In this document: one piece after another, positions 20,386 through 30,645 of the stretch
Position numbering within the stretch: position 1 is the first letter of the stretch
Layout of the letters: every line of letters begins with the position of its first letter
From: Calditrichales bacterium
GTDB taxonomy: Bacteria; Calditrichota; Calditrichia; Calditrichales; J004
DNA length: 64,000 nucleotides
Assembly: GCA_965267575.1 (NCBI GenBank)
Contig: OZ254086.1
Coordinates: forward strand, 1,408,001 to 1,472,000
Direction: 5' to 3'
Program-made: the position numbers and the translations under genes
Notes under the pieces: generated by a model
The model's input: the letters and a program-made list of their open reading frames with translations, nothing else
Told to the model about the DNA's origin: nothing
Database searches by the model: none

Positions 20386-22068
20386 TTATTGCGAATTTTC
20401 CGTGTAGCCCGGCCCCTTTACAAACCTGCCCGGCAACGCGCCCGTATGCTCGCCATCTCTCAGGACCTGTTTCCCGTTCACAAAAACATGCTGCACGCCG
20501 GTGCTGTATTGATGCGGTTGCTCAAACGTGGCGTGGTCCTGAATCATCGCCGGATCAAACACCACAACGTCTGCGAAATAACCCTGGCGCAGATAACCGC
20601 GCTCACGCAGATTGAGCTTGTCGGCGGACAGGCCTGTCAGCTTATGGATCGCCTCATGCAGCGGGATAACCTGCTCTTCGCGGACGTATTTGCCCAGCAG
20701 TCTCGCAAAGTTCCCGTAGGCGCGGGGGTGCGGACTGCTTTGTAAAAAAATGCCTTCCGGCGCCATGGACCCGGCATCGCTGCAAAAGGTCATATAAGGC
20801 AGTTTGATCTGCCGTTTTACATTTTCCTCGCTCATCAAAAAGAATACGGCTTCCACGCGGCTGCTGTCCTCCAGCACCAGGTCTATTGCCGTTTGCTCCG
20901 GCGATTGCCCGCGCATTTCGGCCACTTCGGCCAGGGTTTTGCCAACGTAGGGGCGCAGCTTTTCCGTGCGGAAAGAACTCAGCAAAATACCGTCCGCGCC
21001 CGAGCCATAGTAGAAATTTTCCCACTCATCGCTGTCCTGCACCATTTCCGCAGCAACCTTTGCACGGGTTTCGGGATCGCGCAGTCTTTCGGCCCAGGCG
21101 TCATAACCGCCCTCCTGTACCCAGGGCGGCATGGTGGCGTTTAGTCCGGTTGCGCCGGCAATGTAAAGGTACATGTCAGCGGCAATGTCCAGTCCGGCTT
21201 GGCGTGCAGAGTCGATTTTGGCAATGACCTGATCCAGTTTGTCATGATTGTTTTTGCCGGCCGCCTTAAGATGGTAGATCTCCCCGCGGATGCCGGTGGC
21301 TTCGACGATTTGAATTAGCTCATCAATGGCCTGCAGCAGCTTATTGCCCTCACTGCGCAGATGGGTTGTGTAAATGCCGCCGTGTTTGGCTGCTACTTCG
21401 CATAAGGCGATCAGCTCTTCTGTTTGGGCATAAAAAGCCGGCGCGTAGATCAGCGAAGACCCTACGCCGAGCGCTCCTTCACGCATGGCCTGGTCCACCA
21501 GCAGCCTCATACTGTCCAGTTCCGTCTCTGTCGGCGGCCGGTCTTCCTGACCGATCTGGTGAATGCGCAGGGTGGTGGCGCCAACCATGCTGGCCACATT
21601 AGGCGAAACACCTTTCTCTTCCAGGTAGGTCAGATATCCACCCAGCGTGGACCACTCCACGCCGTAAACAATCTCATCCTGGCTCTCCTCGTGCCTTTTT
21701 ATCATCTCGCTGTTCCAGGGCCCCATGCTCCAGCCTTCGCCAAAAACCTCCAGCGTCACACCCTGACGGATATCACTTTGCGATTTGCCGTCATGGATCA
21801 GCGATCGCGTGGCCCAGCTCAACATGTTTATAAAACCCGGCGCCACGGCTTTTCCCGACGCATCTATGACCATCGCGGCGCTTGCTTCGCTTAAGTCGCC
21901 CATTTTAACAATACGATCGCCCTTAATGGCCAGATCGGTTTTTACGCCTTCCGATAAACTGCCGTCGTAAACGGTACCGTTTTTGATAATGACATCGTAG
22001 TCAGGCGAGCTGCAGGCAAATAAAGAGAGAATCAATAAAAAAGATAGTTTACGCACGGAGACCTCCAT
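20386..22068 (-). CDS. N-acyl-D-amino-acid deacylase family amidohydrolase (lipoprotein)
   Basis: LFAC lipobox; THLRSE, YHLK, SDAG, HPRAYGNF, ADVVVFDP. Confidence 0.88.
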   Translation of the reverse strand: MEVSVRKLSFLLILSLFACSSPDYDVIIKNGTVYDGSLSEGVKTDLAIKGDRIVKMGDLSEASAAMVIDASGKAVAPGFINMLSWATRSLIHDGKSQSDIRQGVTLEVFGEGWSMGPWNSEMIKRHEESQDEIVYGVEWSTLGGYLTYLEEKGVSPNVASMVGATTLRIHQIGQEDRPPTETELDSMRLLVDQAMREGALGVGSSLIYAPAFYAQTEELIALCEVAAKHGGIYTTHLRSEGNKLLQAIDELIQIVEATGIRGEIYHLKAAGKNNHDKLDQVIAKIDSARQAGLDIAADMYLYIAGATGLNATMPPWVQEGGYDAWAERLRDPETRAKVAAEMVQDSDEWENFYYGSGADGILLSSFRTEKLRPYVGKTLAEVAEMRGQSPEQTAIDLVLEDSSRVEAVFFLMSEENVKRQIKLPYMTFCSDAGSMAPEGIFLQSSPHPRAYGNFARLLGKYVREEQVIPLHEAIHKLTGLSADKLNLRERGYLRQGYFADVVVFDPAMIQDHATFEQPHQYSTGVQHVFVNGKQVLRDGEHTGALPGRFVKGPGYTENSQ

Positions 22069-22085
22069 CGCTGTGAAAGGGATGC

Positions 22086-22574
22086 TTAAATTTGTTTGTA
22101 GCGTAATTGCCGGCGGATGGCGTAGCCGATGACCAAAACGATATAACCGATCAGGAGCGGCCAGAAGAGACCCGGATCGAGCGAAGCCGCCTCGGACAAA
22201 TTGGCGCGGTAGACGATGGCCGAGATGAGACCAAGAAAAAGCATGGTCATGGCGCCAATAATGTTCAGATCGCCCCGCAGATCTTGGATGGTTTGTTCAC
22301 GGCGCTCCGGGGCAAGCCAGTATTTCTTGTTTGGTACGTTAATCAGGTCATCAGGCAATTTGGCCATCATTTTCCCCACGCCCCAGAATACAAGCAGCAC
22401 AAATAGAGTAACCCCCGAAATAAGATAAACGTACATCTCTTTGCTCAGCCAGGAATCGGCCGAACCGCTAAAACTGAAATGAATAGCCATGGTTTCGGGG
22501 ATGGCCGGGTAGTAGTAAAAATGGATCGAAATAAAAAAGAAAATAGCCAGAAACATAAAGATGCGGCCGTTCAT
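22086..22574 (-). CDS. DUF1648 family membrane protein
   Basis: PETMAIHF...G.ADSW, INVPNKKYW; 4 TM. Confidence 0.75.
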   Translation of the reverse strand: MNGRIFMFLAIFFFISIHFYYYPAIPETMAIHFSFSGSADSWLSKEMYVYLISGVTLFVLLVFWGVGKMMAKLPDDLINVPNKKYWLAPERREQTIQDLRGDLNIIGAMTMLFLGLISAIVYRANLSEAASLDPGLFWPLLIGYIVLVIGYAIRRQLRYKQI

Positions 22575-23569
22575 GCGCTCTCCTCACGCTCAATGAATTG
22601 AAGTAAATTCTCAAAATGCGACTGCCACTTTTGGCGAAAGGATTCGCGCCGGCTTTGATCCAGCTTAATCGCGATGTTGCTGTTCTGGCGTGCCTGCTTT
22701 ACTGTACGGATACCCGGGATCACCGTGGAAACAGCATCAAAAGCCAGGATGTAAGCAAAGGCGAGGTCCGCCTGCGACACATCCAGTTCGTCGGCAAAAT
22801 CGCGGAAAGGCGCCAGGTCCTTTACGGCACGTTCCAGAACATGCGGCTTCAGGCGGAAATGGCGGTGATCATCTTTATCGAACTGTGCGCCATCATCGAA
22901 TTTGCCGGTAAGCAGGCCAAACTGCAGCGGCATACGTGCGATGATGCCGTAACCCTTTTCACTGGCTTTGTCCAGGAGTCCGTAGGCGCGTTGGTTTATC
23001 ACATTAAAAACAAACTGGAAACCATCACCGAGATTATGGTCCATCATGTACTCCGCTTCCGGAAAAGGATCATAGGTGTTTAGCGACAAGCCCCAGTAGC
23101 GGATTTTGCCCTGCTTCTTAAGCTGCTCCATCGCCTCAACACAGCCGCCTTCCAGCAAGTGCTTTAACTTTGCGGAATGAAGCTGGTAATAATCGATCTG
23201 ATCGCGTTTCAGACGTTTCAGGCTTTCATCGCAAGCGTCAAGAATATGCTCCCTGCTATAGTCCAATGCGATCGTGTCATCAGGCATGGCGCGGTGGCCC
23301 ACCTTGGTCGCGATGATCACTTTATCGCTGTTGCCAAAAGCTTCACCGATCAGTTTTTCGGAATGGCCCAGACCATAAAAATCCGCGGTATCATAAAAAT
23401 TGATGCCGCGGTCGAATGCTTCCTTTAAAGCGTTCAGCGATTCCTTGTCATCCGTACCGCCCCAGCCGATGGCCACATCACCGACCTTGGCCGGACCGCC
23501 AATGGCCCAGGCCCCGAAACCAATCTCGCAGACACGCAGTTCACTGCGGCCGAAATGTCGACGTGTCAC
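22571..23569 (-). CDS. Aldo/keto reductase
   Basis: IGFGAW, FYDTADFYG, ATK, SLKRL..D.IDYYQLH. Confidence 0.93.
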   Translation of the reverse strand: MTRRHFGRSELRVCEIGFGAWAIGGPAKVGDVAIGWGGTDDKESLNALKEAFDRGINFYDTADFYGLGHSEKLIGEAFGNSDKVIIATKVGHRAMPDDTIALDYSREHILDACDESLKRLKRDQIDYYQLHSAKLKHLLEGGCVEAMEQLKKQGKIRYWGLSLNTYDPFPEAEYMMDHNLGDGFQFVFNVINQRAYGLLDKASEKGYGIIARMPLQFGLLTGKFDDGAQFDKDDHRHFRLKPHVLERAVKDLAPFRDFADELDVSQADLAFAYILAFDAVSTVIPGIRTVKQARQNSNIAIKLDQSRRESFRQKWQSHFENLLQFIEREESA

Positions 23570-24081
23570 TCTTTAGGGCCTTCGCCGGGTGCCTGGCTGC
23601 CCAGCTTCTGGTCAAGCAGGAAGAGCGCGCTGGGATTGTCACCAACCATTTTGCACTGCTGAATGATATCCTGGGCTTCCTTCTCTTCTTCCACCTGTTC
23701 CTCGATAAACCACTGCAGCATCACCTGCGTCGGATAGTCGCCCTCCTTAACCGAAAGCTCGTACAGCTTGTGGATCAGCGCTGTCACATGCTCCTCATGT
23801 TCCAGCTGCTTTTCAAAGATCTGGCGGTGATTCTTAAAGCTTGTCGGTGGCTGCGGAATGGCCTGCAGCTCAACTTCACCGTCACGGTCCAGAATGTAGT
23901 TGTAGATTTTCATGGCATGGTCGCGCTCTTCCTCGCTTTTCAGCTTCAGGAAGGCAGCCATACCTGGCAGGTCATTGGCCTCGCACCAGGCCGACATGGA
24001 AAGATAGTAGTACTCGGAATAAAGCTCATCCTTAACCTGCGTATTTAAAGCCTCCAGCATCTTTTTGCTAAGCTTGGCCAT
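23566..24081 (-). CDS. ftn: Non-heme ferritin
   Basis: Ferroxidase residues ELYS, EERDHA, HEEHVT, WFIEEQVEEE. Confidence 0.93.
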   Translation of the reverse strand: MAKLSKKMLEALNTQVKDELYSEYYYLSMSAWCEANDLPGMAAFLKLKSEEERDHAMKIYNYILDRDGEVELQAIPQPPTSFKNHRQIFEKQLEHEEHVTALIHKLYELSVKEGDYPTQVMLQWFIEEQVEEEKEAQDIIQQCKMVGDNPSALFLLDQKLGSQAPGEGPKE

Positions 24082-24179
24082 AATAATTCTCCTGTTTTTT
24101 GATGATTGTTAAAATACAAAATGCACTCTTACCGCCCAAAAATGTCAGACATTGTTAACAAGCGCCATACGCATGTCGC

Positions 24180-25262
24180 TCACTTCCAGCGGTAGCGACG
24201 CGCGCTTCCCAGCAGCCCGAAAAAAATCACATACAGGGGATAGGTCAGCGCAAACATAAACAAACCCGCCAGGCCGCATTTTTCATCCAGTTTTGTAGAA
24301 AAAAATTTCAGGGCGATCGTTTCCACGGCCGCTTTTGCGCCAAGGGCTGAAAGCCAGATTTCCGGTGAAAGCCCAAAAATCCACGGCGCCCCATACAGGA
24401 CGGCATGCGCGGCAAAAATCACCAGCGAAATCATAACGCTGCCCGGCGATTTCTGCAACAGTTTGCTGTTCTTACGCACCTGCTGCTGGAACACATCGGC
24501 TTTGCCTGCCGGCGGCAGCGTCTCTGTTGTGATGTCCTTTCCCGCCGCAAAACGGATCTCTCCTTTCAGCCTGCGCCGGAAAAGCTCTGTTAAATGCACA
24601 TCATCGCCGCTGGCAAAAGCGGACAGCCGTGGATAGCCGCCGCTCTGCAGGTAAGCGTCTTTCCTGTAAGTCATATTACGGCCCACGCTGGAGTTGGGAA
24701 AACCAAGCCGCGCCGGCAGAGCGATCATTATGCCGGAAAAAAGATTGTCCATGCGCAGCCAGGCGTTCAGCCAACCCGCTTGCTTTTTTATGCGGCTATG
24801 ACCCAAAACCATCAGCGTGTTCTTGTCAAAGGCCCCGGCCAGCGCATTTAGCCATCCGCCGGGCACCGTGCAATCGGCATCGGTAACGGCAATGATTTGT
24901 CCACGGGCTTTTTGAATCGCCGTATGCAGGGCGTTTTTCTTACCTGGCAATGCCGTGCTTTTTGTATCTAATTTTATCACCTGCCAGTTGTCTTTTTCGC
25001 GGCCATGCTGCTCCATAATAGCTGCCGTGTTATCCTGTGAAGCGTCATCCACAAGAATGACTTCGTAGTTTTTCTGCGGGTATTCCAGCTTTTTAAAGCT
25101 TTCCAAAAGCGGCACAATGCGGAGGCTTTCGTTACGCGCGGCAACAATGACAGAAAAAAAGGGAAGCTCCGTCGAACCGCCGTTCCGCTTTGCGAGGAAA
25201 AGCCGCATAAGCAGCGCAAGAAACAACGCATATAGGAAAATCGAAATAATCAGGATTAACAT
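24180..25262 (-). CDS. GT2 glycosyltransferase, membrane-bound
   Basis: SVIVAARNE, VDDAS, GKKNAL, TDADC, SGDD. Confidence 0.9.
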   Translation of the reverse strand: MLILIISIFLYALFLALLMRLFLAKRNGGSTELPFFSVIVAARNESLRIVPLLESFKKLEYPQKNYEVILVDDASQDNTAAIMEQHGREKDNWQVIKLDTKSTALPGKKNALHTAIQKARGQIIAVTDADCTVPGGWLNALAGAFDKNTLMVLGHSRIKKQAGWLNAWLRMDNLFSGIMIALPARLGFPNSSVGRNMTYRKDAYLQSGGYPRLSAFASGDDVHLTELFRRRLKGEIRFAAGKDITTETLPPAGKADVFQQQVRKNSKLLQKSPGSVMISLVIFAAHAVLYGAPWIFGLSPEIWLSALGAKAAVETIALKFFSTKLDEKCGLAGLFMFALTYPLYVIFFGLLGSARRYRWK

Positions 25263-25340
25263 GGGGCCGTGTAAAGTTGAACTGAAACAACAAAATAGCT
25301 AATCTAGCGCTTTCCGAACAAGAAAAATGAAGCGGAGCTT

Positions 25341-26432
25341 ATGCTGAACGAACTTGTCTTGCCAAACCTTATGAAATCTCTTACGCCGCGCCGCGCCGGC
25401 AACCTGCTGAAAACGGGCAGTTCCTATCTGCTGTCTGCCTTAATGGACAAGCCGGTTATCTGGGGCAAGCCTTCCATCCTGACCATCGAACCGACCAATA
25501 TCTGCAACTTGCGCTGCCCGTTGTGCACCACAGGCTCCGGCGACATGAACCGCGTTAACGGCAAGATGCACCTGGACACCTTCCGTAACATCATCGATAA
25601 AATGGGCGATGACATATTTTTCCTGCTACTCTACCACCAGGGCGAACCCTATATCAACAAAGATTTTCTGGAATTTGTGCGCCTGGCAAAGGAAAAAAAG
25701 ATCTACACCACCACCAGCACCAACGCCCACTATTTCAGCGACGAAGTCATTAACGCCACGATCGATGCCGGGCTGGACAGTATGATCGTTTCGCTGGATG
25801 GCGTTACGCAGGAGGTGTACGAGCGCTACCGCGTAAAGGGCAAAGTGGATAAGGTCATAGAATCCACGGCGCGTTTTATGGAAATAAAGCGCCGGCGCAA
25901 AGCCAAATATCCGCTTATCGCCCTGCAGTTCCTGGTGATGAAGCATAATGAGCACGAGCTGTCCGCCGTAAAAAAACTGGCCGCCGATATAGGTGTGGAC
26001 CGCTTGCTGATCAAGAACATAGAAGTGCACAACGAAGAAGAGGCGGCAGAGTGGCTGCCGTCGGAAGATAAGTATCGCCGCTACAACTTTGACGGACAGA
26101 GCCTGCAGGTCAAAAACGGCAGCAAGAAATCGTGCCCGCGCGTCTGGAATTCCACGCTGATCAATTGGGACGGCTCTGTGGTGCCGTGCTGTTTTGATAA
26201 AAACGGCGAGCATGAGCTCGGTAATATCAACAGCGCGGAAAACCTGGATGCCTTATGGAATGGTGATGCCTATGCCGCTTTTCGCAAACGATTGCTGCAC
26301 CAGCGCGAAAGCATCGACATGTGCCGCAACTGCAACCAGGGCCTGGGCAGCTTTGTTTTCAACATCCGCACCAAAAAGAAGCAATCGGACAAAAAAGAAA
26401 ATAAATCTCCTTTTGTAATCCTGAATCAATAA
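25341..26432 (+). CDS. Radical SAM protein with SPASM/twitch domain
   Basis: CNLRCPLC, GEP, and C-terminal CPRVW...VVPCCFD...CRNC. Confidence 0.92.
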   Translation: MLNELVLPNLMKSLTPRRAGNLLKTGSSYLLSALMDKPVIWGKPSILTIEPTNICNLRCPLCTTGSGDMNRVNGKMHLDTFRNIIDKMGDDIFFLLLYHQGEPYINKDFLEFVRLAKEKKIYTTTSTNAHYFSDEVINATIDAGLDSMIVSLDGVTQEVYERYRVKGKVDKVIESTARFMEIKRRRKAKYPLIALQFLVMKHNEHELSAVKKLAADIGVDRLLIKNIEVHNEEEAAEWLPSEDKYRRYNFDGQSLQVKNGSKKSCPRVWNSTLINWDGSVVPCCFDKNGEHELGNINSAENLDALWNGDAYAAFRKRLLHQRESIDMCRNCNQGLGSFVFNIRTKKKQSDKKENKSPFVILNQ

Positions 26433-26518
26433 TCCTTGCAGGCATTGCATTGAATATTCTTTGCCCGATATATTCCCATTACTGAAAATGCCTCACAAGC
26501 CGTGGATGGGAATATAGC

Positions 26519-27424
26519 ATGAGCCTTCTTGATAAACTTGTCGTCTGGTCTATCCCCTTTGTACCCAAGCCGCTGGTCGGCTATTTTTCGCGCGATTATA
26601 TCGCCGGGGACAGCCGTGAACATGCCGTCAGCAAAGTGAAGGAACTAAACAGTCTGGGCATGATGGCTACGCTGGATTTTCTTGGTGAAGAGATTACCAA
26701 TAAAGCCCAGGCCGAAGCCGCGGCCAATGAATACATCGCCATGCTGGATATCATCGAACAGGAAAAGCTGGACTCGAATATTTCGATTAAGCCAACCCAC
26801 ATGGGGCTGAATCTTGATCAGGAGTTTGCCCATAGAAATATCCGCCGCATTGTGGAAAAAGCCAAAGAACACGGCAATTTTGTCCGCATTGACATGGAAG
26901 ACCGCCACGTTACAACTAAAACCATCGAATTATATCTGAAGTTAAAAAAAGACTTTGAAGGACATGTCGGTACGGTGATACAATCTTACCTGCGCCGTAC
27001 CAATGATGATGTGGGCGCGCTGATTGAGCACAGGGCAAATCTGCGCCTGTGCAAGGGCATTTATGTTGAACCCCGCGAAGTGGCCTTCAAGGATATGGCG
27101 ATCATAAACGAATGCTACAAGTACAACCTGGAACGGCTGCTTAAGAATGGCTGCTATGTCGGCATAGCCACCCACGATGAGAAGCTTATCTGGCACGCCT
27201 TACGCATTATCGACGCGCTTAACCTGCCCCGGGAGGCTTACGAATTCCAGATGCTGCTGGGCGTGGACGAGCAGCTGCGCGACATCCTGGTTAAGTCCGG
27301 ACATCGCCTGCGTGTGTATGTGCCATACGGCCACGATTGGTACGCCTATTCCACGCGCCGTTTAAAGGAAAACCCGCGTATGGCGGGCATGGTGTTTCGC
27401 AAAATCTTTGGACTAAACCATTAA
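26519..27424 (+). CDS. Monofunctional proline dehydrogenase
   Basis: RIDMED, QSYL, RLCKG.Y, ATHD, EFQMLLG, YVPYG..WY.YS.RRL.E.P. Confidence 0.93.
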   Translation: MSLLDKLVVWSIPFVPKPLVGYFSRDYIAGDSREHAVSKVKELNSLGMMATLDFLGEEITNKAQAEAAANEYIAMLDIIEQEKLDSNISIKPTHMGLNLDQEFAHRNIRRIVEKAKEHGNFVRIDMEDRHVTTKTIELYLKLKKDFEGHVGTVIQSYLRRTNDDVGALIEHRANLRLCKGIYVEPREVAFKDMAIINECYKYNLERLLKNGCYVGIATHDEKLIWHALRIIDALNLPREAYEFQMLLGVDEQLRDILVKSGHRLRVYVPYGHDWYAYSTRRLKENPRMAGMVFRKIFGLNH

Positions 27425-27427
27425 TTT

Positions 27428-28867
27428 TTATTTTTCGAATACTTTTAACCTCGCCTCAATCCAGCTGATAAAATCCAGGTAATCCAGCACATTGCTCCTG
27501 GATTGTGAAGATTCCTCTCTGAACAGATTGTCCTTGATATGAGATAATATTTTTTCGTGTTGGTCTTTTGTGGACGTGCTGAGCCTGGAGAAGCCGTTTA
27601 ACAATACTTTTTCATAGCTCTGCAGCATGCGCTTTTTCTTTAGAAAGCGGCGGCAGGACTCCACGGCGTAGCGCAGCAGATTCATATTGCCCAGCTCAAA
27701 GTGAATGATCAGGTAGAGCAGGTGCGCAAAAGCAAGAATGTCTTCCCGCGGATGAACAAAACGATCGTTTAAAACACGATTGAGGCGACGCAGAGCCGCT
27801 TCATGATCGGACGCCAGAAAAAAGAGGTAAGCGCATTGATAGCGCAGCGACAACCGGTAATTTTCAGGCAGGTCTGTGTGCTTTTCCAGGAAAGCTTCTA
27901 TAGTAGCTACACGCTTAAGGCCGGTCTCAAAATCACGCACATCGCGGTAAAATTCCAGTTCCACATTGAATAGTTGCAACACAGCTCTGCGGCTGATCGT
28001 TTTGTTCCGGCCGTAAAATTTAGCGGCCTTCTCCAACAGAAAGCGGGCTTTTTGAAGGTCCCTGAATTGCAGTGCCATGCCAATTGTATTATTAAGCGAT
28101 GTGAGATAGCTGGTGCCCTGTGTCTCTAACATGACCGGTTTTTCTTCCCATAGCTGCAATACTTTTTCGGCCTCCGGCAAACAAGCGTCACGATTGTTGT
28201 GCATGGCATACCAGGTCTGGCGTATAAAATGATATTGTGTGGCTGCAGCTAAAGATAAAGGCTTTTCTTTTCCATCCAGCACATCACGCAGGGCCTGCGG
28301 CGGGTCGGACAGCGACTCAAAAAGCTGCGTGGACATTATCCTGAAACGGTTCTCCTGCTCGATGATCCTGTGGATTTCCGTTTCTTCATGCAAAACCAGG
28401 CGCAATTCAATGTCCCGTTGCCTGCGGGCGAAACTTTCATTCGCGAGACGTCTTTTCAGTGCCAGATATGACAAGGCCTCCGGCCACATTTCCAGCTCGC
28501 GTGCTCTTTCCAAACCCGCTTTGAGATGCCGCGAGCAGAAACTCCACAAACCGCGTGCATATAAAAATTCGCACTCGCTGAACTGCCGCCGGCAGCGGCT
28601 TTCGGGGCTGTTTTGCAGCTCCTGCGCGGAGAAAGCCGCCAGTATTTGTCCACGCAGGTAATTCTTTAAAACGTGGAACTGTCGCAGGAAAGGCTCTCCG
28701 GCAAAGTATTCACGCAAAGCGGATTCATCATAAATATCCTGGGCATCGATGGCGTCAAACAGGCGCGCGTAGGCTGTTCCGTTACGGGCAACGTTTTGCC
28801 GGAAATGTGCTTTTTCGCGCTCAGTGAGCGATTTAATCAGGTAAAAAAGTTCTTCTCTTTTGAGCAT
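27428..28867 (-). CDS. Uncharacterised all-alpha/TPR-like protein, possible regulator
   Basis: 479 aa; N-terminal LFYLIKSLT..EK..F...LFDAI....YDE pattern as I recall it from Bacteroidota hypotheticals; helical repeats. Confidence 0.7.
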   Translation of the reverse strand: MLKREELFYLIKSLTEREKAHFRQNVARNGTAYARLFDAIDAQDIYDESALREYFAGEPFLRQFHVLKNYLRGQILAAFSAQELQNSPESRCRRQFSECEFLYARGLWSFCSRHLKAGLERARELEMWPEALSYLALKRRLANESFARRQRDIELRLVLHEETEIHRIIEQENRFRIMSTQLFESLSDPPQALRDVLDGKEKPLSLAAATQYHFIRQTWYAMHNNRDACLPEAEKVLQLWEEKPVMLETQGTSYLTSLNNTIGMALQFRDLQKARFLLEKAAKFYGRNKTISRRAVLQLFNVELEFYRDVRDFETGLKRVATIEAFLEKHTDLPENYRLSLRYQCAYLFFLASDHEAALRRLNRVLNDRFVHPREDILAFAHLLYLIIHFELGNMNLLRYAVESCRRFLKKKRMLQSYEKVLLNGFSRLSTSTKDQHEKILSHIKDNLFREESSQSRSNVLDYLDFISWIEARLKVFEK

Positions 28868-28956
28868 TGTTCCTACGTTTTGCCGCTATTTAGCAGACAG
28901 AATGTATTATAATTAATAATTGGTGAACAAAATAGATAAAAATTGTTCTACGTTTT
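28866..28956. promoter_or_regulatory. Direct repeat ATTGTTC(C)TACGTTTT in a divergent promoter
   Basis: 28866-28881 attgttcctacgtttt and 28942-28956 attgttctacgtttt. Confidence 0.45.
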
Positions 28957-29048
28957 ATCAAAACTTTGTGATTGTTTCGCCGTAAAGCACAGCCTATAAT
29001 TACGCCGGGCGCTCACGAAACAGACACAAACATACAATAGGAGGAGAT

Positions 29049-29423
29049 ATGGCAAACGCGATCAACTGGTTTGAAATACCCGCAACGGATATAGACCGTG
29101 CCCGTGCTTTTTACGGCAAGGTCTTTAGCGGTGAGATTGAAGTAACGGAAATGGGCGGTATTAAGATGGCTTTTCTGCCCGGTGATTATATGAGCGGTGA
29201 ACTGACCGGCGCTTTGTGCCAGGGAGAAGGCTATGAACCCACGGACAAAGGCGCGCTGCTTTACCTTAATGGCGGGGAAGACCTGAGCGAACGCCTGGCC
29301 CTTGCCGAAAAGGCCGGCGCAAAAGTGCTTTTACCAAAGACAAAAATCTCCGATGAAATAGGCTTTATGGCCATCTTTCTCGACAGCGAAGGTAACCGCG
29401 TTGCCTTTCATTCGCCGCGCTAA
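29049..29423 (+). CDS. VOC/glyoxalase family protein
   Basis: NWFEIPA.D..RA..FY, F.DSEGNR.A.HS; GGAGGAG SD. Confidence 0.92.
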   Translation: MANAINWFEIPATDIDRARAFYGKVFSGEIEVTEMGGIKMAFLPGDYMSGELTGALCQGEGYEPTDKGALLYLNGGEDLSERLALAEKAGAKVLLPKTKISDEIGFMAIFLDSEGNRVAFHSPR

Positions 29424-29485
29424 ATTAAAAGCTGCTCCCGGATGATGCACGCCGGGAGCTTTTGACTTTTTGACAAGGGGGAGCC

Positions 29486-29962
29486 ATGGAGAGGACGCTT
29501 AATGATATTATCGCTTTGTATAATCTGAACAACCGCTTACTAAAACGTTGCTTTGACGCTATCTCCACGCAGCAGGCAGACAGGCCATTGCAGGCTGAAT
29601 TGCCTCCTGTAAACTGGCTGCTGGGGCATATCACCCGCACGCGTTATCACATCATGGAGCTGCTGGGCGCAAAACGGTCGCACGAGTTTCTTAGTGCTTA
29701 CGGAGAGCCTTACAACGCGAAAACCCGTTACCCCTCGGTGGCGGAAATAATTCAGGCCTGGCGCGGGGTTGAGGATGACCTTATTAAAATGATGAAGGAT
29801 GCAGGCGCCGACAAGCTGAACCAAGCTATAGATTACGATTTGCCTCATGGTGACAAAACGGTACTAGGTGCGATCGTATTTTTTTGCTATCACGAGACGT
29901 GGCATGTGGGACAGATCTCAGCGCAGTGCCGCATAGCCGGTCTGCCCGGATTGGCCGGATAA
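29486..29962 (+). CDS. DinB/YfiT family protein
   Basis: NWLLGHI and HETWHVGQI His triad. Confidence 0.85.
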   Translation: MERTLNDIIALYNLNNRLLKRCFDAISTQQADRPLQAELPPVNWLLGHITRTRYHIMELLGAKRSHEFLSAYGEPYNAKTRYPSVAEIIQAWRGVEDDLIKMMKDAGADKLNQAIDYDLPHGDKTVLGAIVFFCYHETWHVGQISAQCRIAGLPGLAG

Positions 29963-29978
29963 AAATGAGGAGCCGATA

Positions 29979-30641
29979 ATGACTTTTTTTGAACAGGATT
30001 TTGTTCGCTTCTTTCAGGAGCTGCGGGCGAATAACGAGCGCGATTGGTTCAACGCCAACAAAAAGCGCTTTAAGCAAAATGTGCAACAGCCGTTTAAAGC
30101 TTTTCTGGCCATGCTGCTGGGCCGCATCCATGAAGACGATCCTGAAATACCGCCTTCGCCGGATGAAGCTGTTTTTCGTATTTACCGCGACGTTCGTTTT
30201 TCCCAGGACAAGTCGCCATACAAGACGCATATGGGCGCACTTATTGCTCCCGGGGGCCGACGGGAGAAACGGCCCGGTAATTACATTCAGATGAATGACG
30301 AGCAGATCTTATTTTACGGCGGCGCTTACTGGCTGGAAAAAAACGAGCTGGAGAAGGCACGTGCGCGGCTGCTGAAAGAGCCTGGCACGTTTCAGGCCAT
30401 CGTTGATGATCCCGCATTCCGCAAGGCATTTGGGGAAGTGCAGGGTGAAAAATACAAGCGCATCCCGCCGCATTTGAAAGAGGACGCCGAAAAACAACCA
30501 TGGCTTTTTTACAAGAGCTTTTACTTCGGCACCAGCCTGCCCGTTGATATGATCTTTTCCGACGAGCTTCCGGACAAGCTGTTTGAGCTTTACAAAACCG
30601 GCAAGGCATTCAACCTTTATATGCGCGAAACCATCGCCTGA
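29979..30641 (+). CDS. DUF2461 (TIGR02453) family protein
   Basis: NNERDWF.ANK, FRIYRDVRFS.DKSPYK. Confidence 0.9.
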   Translation: MTFFEQDFVRFFQELRANNERDWFNANKKRFKQNVQQPFKAFLAMLLGRIHEDDPEIPPSPDEAVFRIYRDVRFSQDKSPYKTHMGALIAPGGRREKRPGNYIQMNDEQILFYGGAYWLEKNELEKARARLLKEPGTFQAIVDDPAFRKAFGEVQGEKYKRIPPHLKEDAEKQPWLFYKSFYFGTSLPVDMIFSDELPDKLFELYKTGKAFNLYMRETIA

Positions 30642-30645
30642 ACGT

